Positions 35,317 through 43,939 of a stretch of DNA of 51,383 nucleotides are shown here, piece after piece; the stretch's first letter is position 1; every line of letters begins with the position of its first letter. Under the pieces are notes generated by a model. The model was not told the DNA's origin. It saw nothing but the letters and a program-made list of their open reading frames with translations, and did not search any database. A program made the position numbers and the translations under genes. Source of the DNA: a virus (taxonomy: Duplodnaviria > Caudoviricetes); the IMG/VR virus record IMGVR_UViG_3300037309_000103, positions 1 to 51,383 of that record; one strand, given 5' to 3'.

Positions 35317-37014
35317 TCACTGCATCGCCCGCTGCTGGACGAGTTTGTCGTCGATGAGCCGCACCGCCTCGGCGATCCGGTCCTCGATCAACTGGTCGAT
35401 CTTGCCGGCCAGTTCGGACCCGAGCGCCGCGTCGATCCCCTTGGCGGAGAGCTTCTCGTTCTCCAGGCCGAGTTCGCGGAGCCGGTTCGTCTGCTCGACC
35501 TCGTCCCGCTGGTTCGCCTCGATGTCGCCGTACCCCTCGACCCCGGCGGCCCGCCCGGCGGCGTACTCGGCGGACCCGGCCCCCGCCGCCTGCTCCAGCT
35601 TCGCGATGCCCTGCGGGTCGAAGGCCCGGGCCTGGTTGACGAGGTCCGGCCCGGCGTTGTCGATGCCGATCTGCTGGACGATGTCCCACGCCTGCTTCGC
35701 TTGCTGCCGCCCGCCGACCCCCATCGCCCCGAGGCTCTGGGCGGTCTGCCGGTACTGTGCCCCCAGTTCCATCGTCTGGCTGAGCCGCTCGCGGCCGACC
35801 CCGATCGATGCCTCTCTCGCCGCGCCCCCCGCCTGCACCTCGCCGACCCGGGCGTTCGCCACGTCGCGAGTGGCCGTCTCTCGCAGCCGCTTCGTCGCCT
35901 CGATCTGCTCCGTCAGCTTCGCCACCCCGGTCGCATACGCCGCCCGGTCGCCGTCGCCCATCACGGACGCAACGAAACCGCCCGTCCCGCCGAGGGCCTT
36001 CTCCATGTCCGCCCGCTTCTTCATCAACTGCGATTCCTGCTGCTCCAGCCCGACGAGACGGTTCTGGGCGGACACGCGGTCCTTCACCGCCATCGTCTGC
36101 TCGCGTTCGGCCTTCGCCTGGGCGTCCTGGAGCGGTAGCAGTCGCTTCGCGAACTGGTACTCCCGCTCGCCGCGTGCCGAGGACCGGTCCCCGCCGGCGA
36201 ACGCGGACACGCTTGCCCCGGCCAGGACGGACGAGCGGTTCCGGGCCGAGTCTGATTGCTGACCGAGCTGGTAAGCGGTGGACTGCCGTTCGCTTGCCCC
36301 GGCCGAGATCACGTCGATCTTCTGGGAGGCGACCTGGTTCGCCTCCATCCGCGACGTGCGGCCGCCGATCGCCTCGCCGACGCCCGCGGCGTAGCCGACG
36401 CCGGGGATCGACTTGAACGTCTGATATGCCCCCGCCCCATTCGTCTGGTAAGGGTCGCGGAACGCTGTCCCGGCCGTCGCCCCGACCTGCATCGCACCGT
36501 ACGCCACCCCCGCCACCCGCGCGGATCGCACCATTCTCGCCTGATTGGCTTCCGATGCCCCTTCCCCCGCCTGCTTCGCCGCTTGTTCTTCGGCCCGGAC
36601 GCGGCGAATGTCTTCACGCTCCGCCTTGTTCGCGTCGCGGATCCGAAGCCGTTCCTGTTTGGCGAAGACTCGCTCTTCGGCCCGGCTTGCCTTCTCGACG
36701 GCCCGCTGCTGGGTCCGGGCGACCTGGGCGGCGTCTCGGGCGGCGTCTCGCTGTTGCTTTGCCGCGGCCTGCGACTGCTGCCGCTGGATCTTCTCGGCTT
36801 CCTGTTGCTGCTTCTGCTGGAACTGGGCCTGCTGCCGCATGTACCGCTGCCGCTCGCGGGCCTCCCACTGGTTCGCGAGCTTGCGGTCGGCCGACGAGAG
36901 CCCGCCGCCCGGCCCGGCCGGCCCGGTGCCGTTCTTCGACTCCTGCGTGGACTCCTTCGTCGCCTTCGTGAGCGCGTTGACGGCGTCGATCAGTTCCTGA
37001 AACTTGTCGGCCAC
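35317..37014 (-). CDS. Tape measure protein
   Basis: 565 aa A/Q/R-rich helical protein directly after the frameshifted chaperone pair. Confidence 0.75.
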   Translation of the reverse strand: MADKFQELIDAVNALTKATKESTQESKNGTGPAGPGGGLSSADRKLANQWEARERQRYMRQQAQFQQKQQQEAEKIQRQQSQAAAKQQRDAARDAAQVARTQQRAVEKASRAEERVFAKQERLRIRDANKAEREDIRRVRAEEQAAKQAGEGASEANQARMVRSARVAGVAYGAMQVGATAGTAFRDPYQTNGAGAYQTFKSIPGVGYAAGVGEAIGGRTSRMEANQVASQKIDVISAGASERQSTAYQLGQQSDSARNRSSVLAGASVSAFAGGDRSSARGEREYQFAKRLLPLQDAQAKAEREQTMAVKDRVSAQNRLVGLEQQESQLMKKRADMEKALGGTGGFVASVMGDGDRAAYATGVAKLTEQIEATKRLRETATRDVANARVGEVQAGGAAREASIGVGRERLSQTMELGAQYRQTAQSLGAMGVGGRQQAKQAWDIVQQIGIDNAGPDLVNQARAFDPQGIAKLEQAAGAGSAEYAAGRAAGVEGYGDIEANQRDEVEQTNRLRELGLENEKLSAKGIDAALGSELAGKIDQLIEDRIAEAVRLIDDKLVQQRAMQ

Positions 37015-37017
37015 GGG

Positions 37018-37775
37018 TCACCTCCCGAGACGAAGGACGAGGGTGTCGAGTCGGGCGAGGATCTGCTTTGCCGGCCACCGGGCGAACTCCGCGTCCGCGG
37101 CCGCGATCAGTGCGGAGTACCACGCGACGAGCGGGTCGTCGGGGAACCGCCCGGTCGCCTCGCACCGGCGGTAGAACGCGATCGCCTTGCGGTTGGCGGT
37201 TGTGAGGTCGACGGCGGCGGCGCGGGCGGTCTTCCAGTCCCCGCCGCCGCGGAGCCACTCGGGGACTTTGGGGCAGTGCGTGCAGGGGGTCGGCGTGCCG
37301 GGCGGCCGGAGCAGCGGCAACCGCGTCTTGCGGTCGACCGGGCAGGTGCCGTCGCGCGAGTAGAGGAACTTCTCACACGAGGCGCAGGACCGGTCCCATT
37401 CCGGGTGAAAAAGAGCCACCCGGAGCCCGTTCAGGAGTTTCCCGCGGCGGCCGCCATCTCCTTCGCGGCCCAGGTCGCGCACGCCGAAATGATCTGCTGC
37501 AGGATCGGGTTCGGGACCTTCTTGATCGTGTCCTTGTCGAGCGTCGCGTCCTGGACGTCCCACGACACGAGGCACCCGGCGACGAGGTCCGCGTCCGCGT
37601 TCAGGCGGTCGGCCCCGCTCGCGGCGTGCTCCCCCTTCCACTGCCACTCGTAAATCGCGGCGGGGTCGGCTGGGCGGTAGGCGAACGTCACGACCGGCAG
37701 GCCCTTCGCGCTGCCGTAGGTCGGCTCGGTCTTCCCTTCGAGCGTGTACCCGTCCTGGAGGAACAATCGCGGCAT
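37018..37775 (-). CDS. Tail assembly chaperone gpG (37431-37775) and -1 frameshift product gpGT (to 37018)
   Basis: Slippery G GGA AAC at 37437-37443 just before the gpG stop; the -1 frame continues GKLLNGLRVALFHPEW...CASC...CTHC. Confidence 0.8.
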
Positions 37776-37777
37776 GG

Positions 37778-38683
37778 TCAAGGCCCGTTGGCAAGGGTGA
37801 TGGTGATGGGGTCGGTGGTCAGGGAGGACGAGAAGCACTCGCCGGAGAGGGTCAAAAACCCCTCCGCCTGGAACGGCGACGACGGCGACTGCGGCGCGAA
37901 CCCCACGTTCGCCGCGGTGACCGTGAGGACGCTGCCGCCGTTGGTGAACGTGGCGACGATCGAGCCGACGGCCCCGGTGCCGTTGACGCCGTAGCCGAAC
38001 AGGCTCGTGAAGTCGCCGTAGGGGATCGTCAGGCCGATCGTCGTGGTGCGGTTCAACTTGTTCAACGCGGTGAGGGTCGAACTGTTGAAGAATCGGCCGC
38101 GGTCGAGCCCGTTCGAGATCGACAAACTAAAGTCGGCGATCGTCGTCGTCGAGCCGTTCACCGTCAGCGCGCAGTCGATGAACAGGAATGGCTGCGTGCT
38201 AATGTCCAGTGACAGGGCCGGGAACGACCCCGACACGGTGTACGCCTGGCCGAGCAGCCCGAGCGAGACGCTCATCGGCTCGCCCTGTGAGCCCGACAGC
38301 GTGAACGAGTCGACCGCGACCCCCGTCAGATTCCAGAGGTTGCCCGCACCCGGGTCGAACGCCAGGTACCGCAGGCCCGCAGCGTTGCCGAACGGGTAGG
38401 TCTTCGTCGTGGTCCCGGTGACGGTCCCGCCCATCACCCATTCGAGGATCGCGGCCAGCTCGACCGCCGTCGGCTCGCTGCGGAACGACGGTTCGACGTG
38501 GATGAGGTTCTTCCGGACGCGGCCGAAGTCTTTGTTGTACTTCCCCCGCGTCCCGTTCAGGTCGCGGACATCCTGCGAGATGCCGAGGTCGAAGTCGGCG
38601 AAGTCGATCTGCTGCGTGGCCGGACTGGACCCGCCAATCGCGGACCAGCCAAGTTTGGCGAGGGTGGTGATACTCGCAGCCAT
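37778..38683 (-). CDS. Major tail tube protein
   Basis: 301 aa upstream of the chaperones; VDSFTLSGSQGEPMSVSLGLLG and DFSLSISNGL beta-strand patterns. Confidence 0.75.
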   Translation of the reverse strand: MAASITTLAKLGWSAIGGSSPATQQIDFADFDLGISQDVRDLNGTRGKYNKDFGRVRKNLIHVEPSFRSEPTAVELAAILEWVMGGTVTGTTTKTYPFGNAAGLRYLAFDPGAGNLWNLTGVAVDSFTLSGSQGEPMSVSLGLLGQAYTVSGSFPALSLDISTQPFLFIDCALTVNGSTTTIADFSLSISNGLDRGRFFNSSTLTALNKLNRTTTIGLTIPYGDFTSLFGYGVNGTGAVGSIVATFTNGGSVLTVTAANVGFAPQSPSSPFQAEGFLTLSGECFSSSLTTDPITITLANGP

Positions 38684-38684
38684 G

Positions 38685-39404
38685 TCATGCCCCCAGGCCG
38701 CGGAGTTCGCGGGTCCGACACCGGATCAAGAGCCCCGACCGGAACCACTGGTACCGCCCCTTCTCCATCTCCGTCAGCGCCAGCGGCTCGACCTTGTTGA
38801 TCACGCTCTCGGGTACGCCGGCCAGCCGCTGGTTGTGGAAGGCCCGCCAGATCGACTGCCGCATCGACTCGTACAGGGCCTGCTTCGTCGCCGACTGGTC
38901 GAACTGATCCTTCGTGTCGAAGATGCAGACCCGCACCGGGTGCCCGAGGTCGTCGCGGTTGTTCATCGCCGCCTCGTCCGTCTCCCGCACCCCGTCGCCG
39001 GTGTCGAGCACGACGCACAGGTTGTTCAAGTTCGTCTTGTCGTCCGCGTCGAACTGCGTGTGAATCGCCCGGATCGGCAGATTCAGCAGGGTGATCGTCG
39101 CCGCGATCGCCGCCTTGCACCGCGTCTCGACCGCCGTCAGCCCCGTCGTCACCTGCGTGTACGCCAGGCCCGACAGGTCCGCCCCCTCGATCGCGTACAC
39201 CCACCAGTACCCCGCGGCGAGTGCCAGCGATACCGTCCCGTCCCCCGTGCGGCTGCCGTAGCTGGTCCAGGTGCCGCTGCCCGTTTGACCGGTGACCGGC
39301 TGGGCATAGACCGTCACCGTGCCGCCGGCGGAGCCGCCGACAGTGGCGACGGCCCCGATCGAGGGGGTGCCTGCGTTGTCGGTGACAGTGAGGGCCAGGG
39401 GCAT
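38685..39404 (-). CDS. Tail completion/terminator-like protein
   Basis: Directly upstream of the tube gene; N-terminal beta domain; function assigned from position. Confidence 0.5.
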   Translation of the reverse strand: MPLALTVTDNAGTPSIGAVATVGGSAGGTVTVYAQPVTGQTGSGTWTSYGSRTGDGTVSLALAAGYWWVYAIEGADLSGLAYTQVTTGLTAVETRCKAAIAATITLLNLPIRAIHTQFDADDKTNLNNLCVVLDTGDGVRETDEAAMNNRDDLGHPVRVCIFDTKDQFDQSATKQALYESMRQSIWRAFHNQRLAGVPESVINKVEPLALTEMEKGRYQWFRSGLLIRCRTRELRGLGA

Positions 39405-39410
39405 GCGGTG

Positions 39411-39435
39411 AGGTTACCGCGGCGGGTTGCCTGAC
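39411..39435 (-). promoter_or_regulatory. Late-type promoter for the tail operon (likely leaderless)
   Basis: GTCAGGCAACC-N8-TAACCT-N6-ATG. Confidence 0.75.
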
Positions 39436-39449
39436 AGGGCGGGAACTTT

Positions 39450-40163
39450 TCACAGCAAGTCGGCGGCGGGGTCCGGCTCCGGCAAACGGAATAGTTCTCG
39501 CAGGTATCGAGCAGACAATCCTTCGATGAGTTCATCTTCCGCACTGGCGAACGCAACCGGTAGCGTCCACCCCCGCTCAGGGATCGCAGGCCACCGAGAG
39601 TTGAGCAACTTGCGGACGACGTCTTCTCGGCGATGCCCTCGCGACAGCAGTTCGCGTTCGGTGATGGCGACCACATGCTGTATGTCGCTGATATTGTCGA
39701 GCCAGAACGCGACATCGTGCGGGACGGTCGATGTGCGAGCACTGAACACCATCGGTTCCGTCGTCAATTCGACCCGAGTTACCGGCTCGCGCCGGCAGAG
39801 CGTGTCCCCGTGCCGATGCCACCACGACCAGGGGCAGCGGACGGACTCCCAGAATCCCCTCGCGTACGTGGTGTCGTCCGGGCCGTCCGGGTGCCACGTC
39901 TCGTGTTTAGCTTGTATCAGCGCGAACGCGGCCTGAATAATGTCGCACCTTCGGCAGTCGCACCCGTCCAGCGTGGCCCAACCGCTGCACCGTGACATCG
40001 CCGCCGATTCGCACTGTAACCGGATCAGTTCCGCCCGCTCCCCTTCACCTCTCTCCTCCAACCAATCCGCCGCGACGAGCCGTTGCAGGTCGTCGTCCGG
40101 CCGCTCGCGAATACCCCGGACCAGCGAAGCCCACTCCTCGGAGTCGTACAGCGATTCGCTCAT
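39450..40163 (-). CDS. TIGR02996 domain-containing protein
   Basis: LVRGIRERPDDDLQRLVAADWLEERGEGERAELIRLQC; YARGFWESV. Confidence 0.85.
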   Translation of the reverse strand: MSESLYDSEEWASLVRGIRERPDDDLQRLVAADWLEERGEGERAELIRLQCESAAMSRCSGWATLDGCDCRRCDIIQAAFALIQAKHETWHPDGPDDTTYARGFWESVRCPWSWWHRHGDTLCRREPVTRVELTTEPMVFSARTSTVPHDVAFWLDNISDIQHVVAITERELLSRGHRREDVVRKLLNSRWPAIPERGWTLPVAFASAEDELIEGLSARYLRELFRLPEPDPAADLL

Positions 40164-40184
40164 CGAAACGCCCCTCGCATCGCT

Positions 40185-40209
40185 GACAGGCAACCCCCTC
40201 AACTATACT
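40185..40209 (+). promoter_or_regulatory. Variant late-type promoter facing the AP2-like gene
   Basis: GACAGGCAACC-N8-TATACT. Confidence 0.6.
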
Positions 40210-40341
40210 CCACGCACACGCGGGCGATGTGTCCGCAAAACGACTCGACCCCGGCTGCCATCCGGGATCGTGTCCAGGTTTCCGCCGCGGGCCGCGGCGG
40301 GTTCCTCACGAGGATTATACCCTCGCCGGGAGCCCGCCGCC

Positions 40342-40755
40342 ATGCTCGCGCACCGACTCCGCCGTGAGCCACCCAACCCCCTCCACCGATTCTGCCGCCG
40401 CGTCAAAGGTGGATTGTTCCAGGCTCGCGTTTGGTGCAACGAGACCGTGGGGTTCGTCAACCTCGGACTCTACCCCACCGCCTGGGCCGCCAACCGCGTC
40501 GCTGTCGCCTGCCTTCGCGCCGCCCACCCCGTCACGCCCCTCACCCTCTGGGCCGCCGCCCTCGCGCTGCCTCAGCAGTACGGCGTCTCCCGCGATCTGC
40601 TCCCCAAATACGTCTACCCCCTCGACCACGGCCTTGCCTTCGGAGCCCGCACCAGCCGGGCAATCGACGCTTTCACCCTCCGTCCCTTCCCCGATCCCGA
40701 GTCCGCCTACTGGGCAATGTACAGGCGTATCATATCCGGGGTCAAATTGAACTAA
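40342..40755 (+). CDS. Putative DNA-binding protein with two AP2-like domains
   Basis: RRVKGGLFQARVW...VNLGLYPTAWAA and LPKYVY...FGART...LRPFPDPESAY. Confidence 0.55.
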   Translation: MLAHRLRREPPNPLHRFCRRVKGGLFQARVWCNETVGFVNLGLYPTAWAANRVAVACLRAAHPVTPLTLWAAALALPQQYGVSRDLLPKYVYPLDHGLAFGARTSRAIDAFTLRPFPDPESAYWAMYRRIISGVKLN

Positions 40756-40801
40756 GTTTAACCTACGTTAGTATGTCTGTTCGCGGCGAAACGCCCGCCA
40801 G

Positions 40802-40904
40802 GGTGCCACGGAGTGCCACCGTGTGCCAAATCGCGGGGTGCTTGCCCATCCTCCCACGAACGCCGTAGGGTCTGCCAAACTCTGCCAAAGTCTGCCAAAT
40901 CGCA
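40802..40904. repeat. Two triplets of 10-bp-phased TGCCA(AA) repeats
   Basis: TGCCA at 40804/40814/40824; TCTGCCAAA at 40871/40881/40891; both triplets end in TGCCAAATCGC. Confidence 0.75.
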
Positions 40905-41068
40905 TGGTGGGGGACGGAGTTTCCCGCGGGTGGCAGTTTGTTTCCACTCACCGTGATTTTGAATCTGCTTCCCAGAAAACACCCCCTATAAGGGGGAGAG
41001 ATATATATCCCTCTCTTCCTCCTCCTTAGGGAGCAAATTCACCCCCCTCCACACTTCGCGATTTCGCG

Positions 41069-41102
41069 AAAACGAAAACGCCCCAGGTTTCCCCAGGGCG
41101 TT
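41069..41102 (-). terminator. Rho-independent terminator of the early/middle operon
   Basis: AACGCCCTGGG-GAAA-CCTGGGGCGTT stem (with G:U pairs) followed by TTCGTTTT. Confidence 0.6.
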
Positions 41103-41127
41103 CGGAACGACTGGAACCGTCAAACTG

Positions 41128-41697
41128 CTACTCTGTGGTCGCGTCCGGAAGTTCGATGGCCACCCAATCGGCACGCCGGTCGACGCCGGTCACGCGATCG
41201 CTGTTCCGAAGTGCGTGCAGCCGCCAGTAGCAGATGCCTCTCGCGTGGTCGACCGTCGCCGGCTCCTTGTGCAGTTGCGGGGCCTTGCGAATCTCCCGCT
41301 CGGTTGGCATTCGGCCGCGGTCGGACGGCCCGACCTCGATCAGCCCGGCGAAGTCCGGAAGTTCGTCGACCGTCACCAGGCCGGGCGGGGTCACGAACCA
41401 GAATCGGGCCGGACCGCGGACGTCTCGGGCGGCAAGCGACTGGTGCTTCACGCGGCCCGGCAAGTCCACCTTCACCGAGCCGTCCCACCGCCACGAGTCG
41501 GGCATCTTCTTCGCGGCGTCGCGGAAGAAGTCGCCGCGAGACGTCTTGACCTCGTACTCGCGAAAGTAACCAGCTTCTGTCACCTCATACACGTCGCACT
41601 CGAACCACGACCGCGGCGTGTAGTGGGGCAGCACGAAGTTCCGCCGCCAGCGGTTGGCGACCAGCACGTCGACGATGTCGGAAGCCGAAATGATCAC
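41128..41697 (-). CDS. PD-(D/E)xK nuclease-like protein (MmcB-like)
   Basis: ECDV...EYEVKTSRGDFFRD...FWFVTPPGL...ELPDFAGLI. Confidence 0.7.
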   Translation of the reverse strand: MIISASDIVDVLVANRWRRNFVLPHYTPRSWFECDVYEVTEAGYFREYEVKTSRGDFFRDAAKKMPDSWRWDGSVKVDLPGRVKHQSLAARDVRGPARFWFVTPPGLVTVDELPDFAGLIEVGPSDRGRMPTEREIRKAPQLHKEPATVDHARGICYWRLHALRNSDRVTGVDRRADWVAIELPDATTE

Positions 41698-42458
41698 TTC
41701 CCGAGTCCCTCCTTGGCCGGACACCCCGGCATGTGAAACGACCGCGATGCCTCTGCCATGTCTGTCACGTGCCAGCCGCGATCAGTGGGCAGCAGGTCCA
41801 CCGACCACGCCCCGTCCGCCTCGAAGGCCCGAGCAGCCACCGACGCGAGCCGCAACGCATCATCGAGGGCCAGCCCCCGCACTGAGGCTGCAGCCGCAAC
41901 CTCCCCGGCCGCGATCGTGTCCGTCCCGTGGGGCAGGCCCTGCTGCACGGCACCTGCTGGCCAGTAATCGTGATGACAAACAACCCGACCGCCACGGATG
42001 AAGGCGCGGACCTCGGGCACGAGCGGGAAACCCTCGTACCGCGGGAGGACCGCGACTGGCCTGGTGGGAAGCATCTCGCGAATCACCCACACGTCGTGAC
42101 GGAGCCCGAGGAAGTCGACGAGGTGCGACCAGTACACCAGGTTTCCAACGTGATCGCCGATCCTGGCGAGGTCGGTCAGGTGGCAGCACCGCGACCACTC
42201 GTGCTTCCCGCTGCCCTGGCCTGTTCGGAGGAACCACGGGCCGACCGGTGAGATTCGCAAGGCGGCGGCTCGAAGCTCGTCGAGGAACGGTTCCAAGCCG
42301 TCCGGCGTCTGCCCGTCGCACAGTTTCGCGAGCTCCCACATGTCGCCCGGCCAGTTCAGGATCTCCGTGCGCGGCACCGGCACACCGGCGGCGACCAGCC
42401 GCGGGAACCAGTACGAGAGGCAGTTCCGGTCGGTCGTCTTCGTCTCGGTCGCGGTCAT
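41694..42458 (-). CDS. ATP-grasp domain protein
   Basis: VPVPRT, WFLRTGQGSGKH, WVIREML, EVRAFI, WSVDLL...WHVTDM. Confidence 0.6.
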   Translation of the reverse strand: MTATETKTTDRNCLSYWFPRLVAAGVPVPRTEILNWPGDMWELAKLCDGQTPDGLEPFLDELRAAALRISPVGPWFLRTGQGSGKHEWSRCCHLTDLARIGDHVGNLVYWSHLVDFLGLRHDVWVIREMLPTRPVAVLPRYEGFPLVPEVRAFIRGGRVVCHHDYWPAGAVQQGLPHGTDTIAAGEVAAAASVRGLALDDALRLASVAARAFEADGAWSVDLLPTDRGWHVTDMAEASRSFHMPGCPAKEGLGK

Positions 42459-42700
42459 CGCTTCCTCCCCTGTGCCTTCGGAACCTTGATCCCCAGCGCC
42501 GCCGCCAGCCGCCGCACCGAGTCGTCACCCGCCCGGACCCGCGCCAACTCCGCGACCGCCGCCGCCCGCTCTTCCAGGGCCGCGTCGAGGATCGCCTTCG
42601 CCGCGAGCACAGCCGGGGTCCGCCGACTGACGGCGACCCAGCCCCACAGCACCGCCAGTGCCTCGACCGCGTTGTCGGGCTGATTCGGGTCGGTGGCCAC
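42455..42700 (-). CDS. Small hypothetical protein
   Basis: Abuts or overlaps both neighbouring genes. Confidence 0.5.
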   Translation of the reverse strand: MATDPNQPDNAVEALAVLWGWVAVSRRTPAVLAAKAILDAALEERAAAVAELARVRAGDDSVRRLAAALGIKVPKAQGRKR

Positions 42701-43939
42701 TCACGGCCCCCCGATCGCGGCCATCCGAGGCACCACGTGGTCGGCGATGTATGCCGGGTTCAGTTCACACCCGACCGCACGCCGGCCCAGCCGCACCGCT
42801 TCCGCGAGCGTGGTCCCGCTCCCCGCGAACAGGTCGAGTACTACCGCCGGCATCGGGTCCGCCGCGGGGCACGCACACCCCGCCTTCCACCCGACCGTCT
42901 CGACCTGGGTGACGTGCCGCTTCGGGTCGCGGTTGCCGATCACCAGCGGCTTGCTCCAGCCCTTGGTCTTCGCCGTCCGGGTGTCGCCGTCGGAGTGCGG
43001 CAAGCACTTCGTGTCCACCCCCGGCCGCGTCGGCACCCGCGTCTTTCGGACCTGCCGCACCCACGGAAACCAGCACCGCGGACAGACGCCCTTGTCCGAG
43101 GTGCCGGCGAGAACGCACGGCTCGACCAGCTTCGCCGGGAACGTCGCGAAGTGCGCCCCCTTGAACCGAGCGCCGGACACCTTCCACACGGATCGCTTGT
43201 TCCGGGTCGCCGGGACCGCCTCGCCCGTGTCCCGACCCCCGCCGCGGCCGTTCTGGACCGTCGCGTGGTGCTTCTTCCCTTTGCCCTCGGCCCAACCGCC
43301 CGTGCGGACCATCGGCCGGCCCGCGGAGACGGCCGGCTCGAAGATCGCGACGTTGTCGAAGAAGTACCGCTTCGCCTTCGTGAGCAGGTAGATCATCTCG
43401 TGGGCGGGCGACGTGCGGTCCGACACCGACAACGGCATGGGCGCGGGTTTTTGCCACACGATTTCGTCACGAAGCCACCAACCGTCCGCCTGGAGTGCGA
43501 TCGCCACGCGGGCCGGGATCATACACCGGTCCTTCGGCTTCAGCCCGAACTGGGGCGCACGGTTCGGTTGCGATGCCGGGAATGCCCTCGCGTCGACGAC
43601 GGGGTTTGACTTCCCGAACGACTTGCCGCCGGCAGACCTCGCCGAGCCGGCCCCCGTGGCGTAAGAGTCCCCGAGGTTCAACCAGACCGTGCCGCTCGGG
43701 TGCAGAACCCGCCGAAGTTCGCGGAAGATCCCGACCAGCCGCTCGACGAACTCTCCGGGCGTGGGTTCGAGGCCGAGTTGCTCGGCGACGCCGTAGTCCC
43801 TTAGCCCCCAATATGGCGGGCTAGTCACGCAACAGTGGACGCTGTTCGAGGGCAGGGTGCGCAGCCACGCGGCCGCCTCCCCCGCCTCGCAGGACCACGT
43901 CGCGTTCCCGGCCAGCACGTTGAGGGCGGAGGGGGTCAT
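42701..43939 (-). CDS. DNA methyltransferase (N4-C/N6-A, beta class)
   Basis: TSPPYWGLRDY, WLRDEIVWQK, HFATFP, VLDLFAGSGTT. Confidence 0.92.
   Translation of the reverse strand: MTPSALNVLAGNATWSCEAGEAAAWLRTLPSNSVHCCVTSPPYWGLRDYGVAEQLGLEPTPGEFVERLVGIFRELRRVLHPSGTVWLNLGDSYATGAGSARSAGGKSFGKSNPVVDARAFPASQPNRAPQFGLKPKDRCMIPARVAIALQADGWWLRDEIVWQKPAPMPLSVSDRTSPAHEMIYLLTKAKRYFFDNVAIFEPAVSAGRPMVRTGGWAEGKGKKHHATVQNGRGGGRDTGEAVPATRNKRSVWKVSGARFKGAHFATFPAKLVEPCVLAGTSDKGVCPRCWFPWVRQVRKTRVPTRPGVDTKCLPHSDGDTRTAKTKGWSKPLVIGNRDPKRHVTQVETVGWKAGCACPAADPMPAVVLDLFAGSGTTLAEAVRLGRRAVGCELNPAYIADHVVPRMAAIGGP

Noticed and set aside
31115-39404. Contractile tail, tailocin or gene transfer agent
   Set aside because: No sheath or baseplate wedge genes were recognised, and replication and packaging genes are present, consistent with a siphovirus prophage
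41128-43939. Type II restriction-modification pair
   Set aside because: The nuclease looks MmcB-like and the MTase is a typical phage orphan type; they are separated by two other genes
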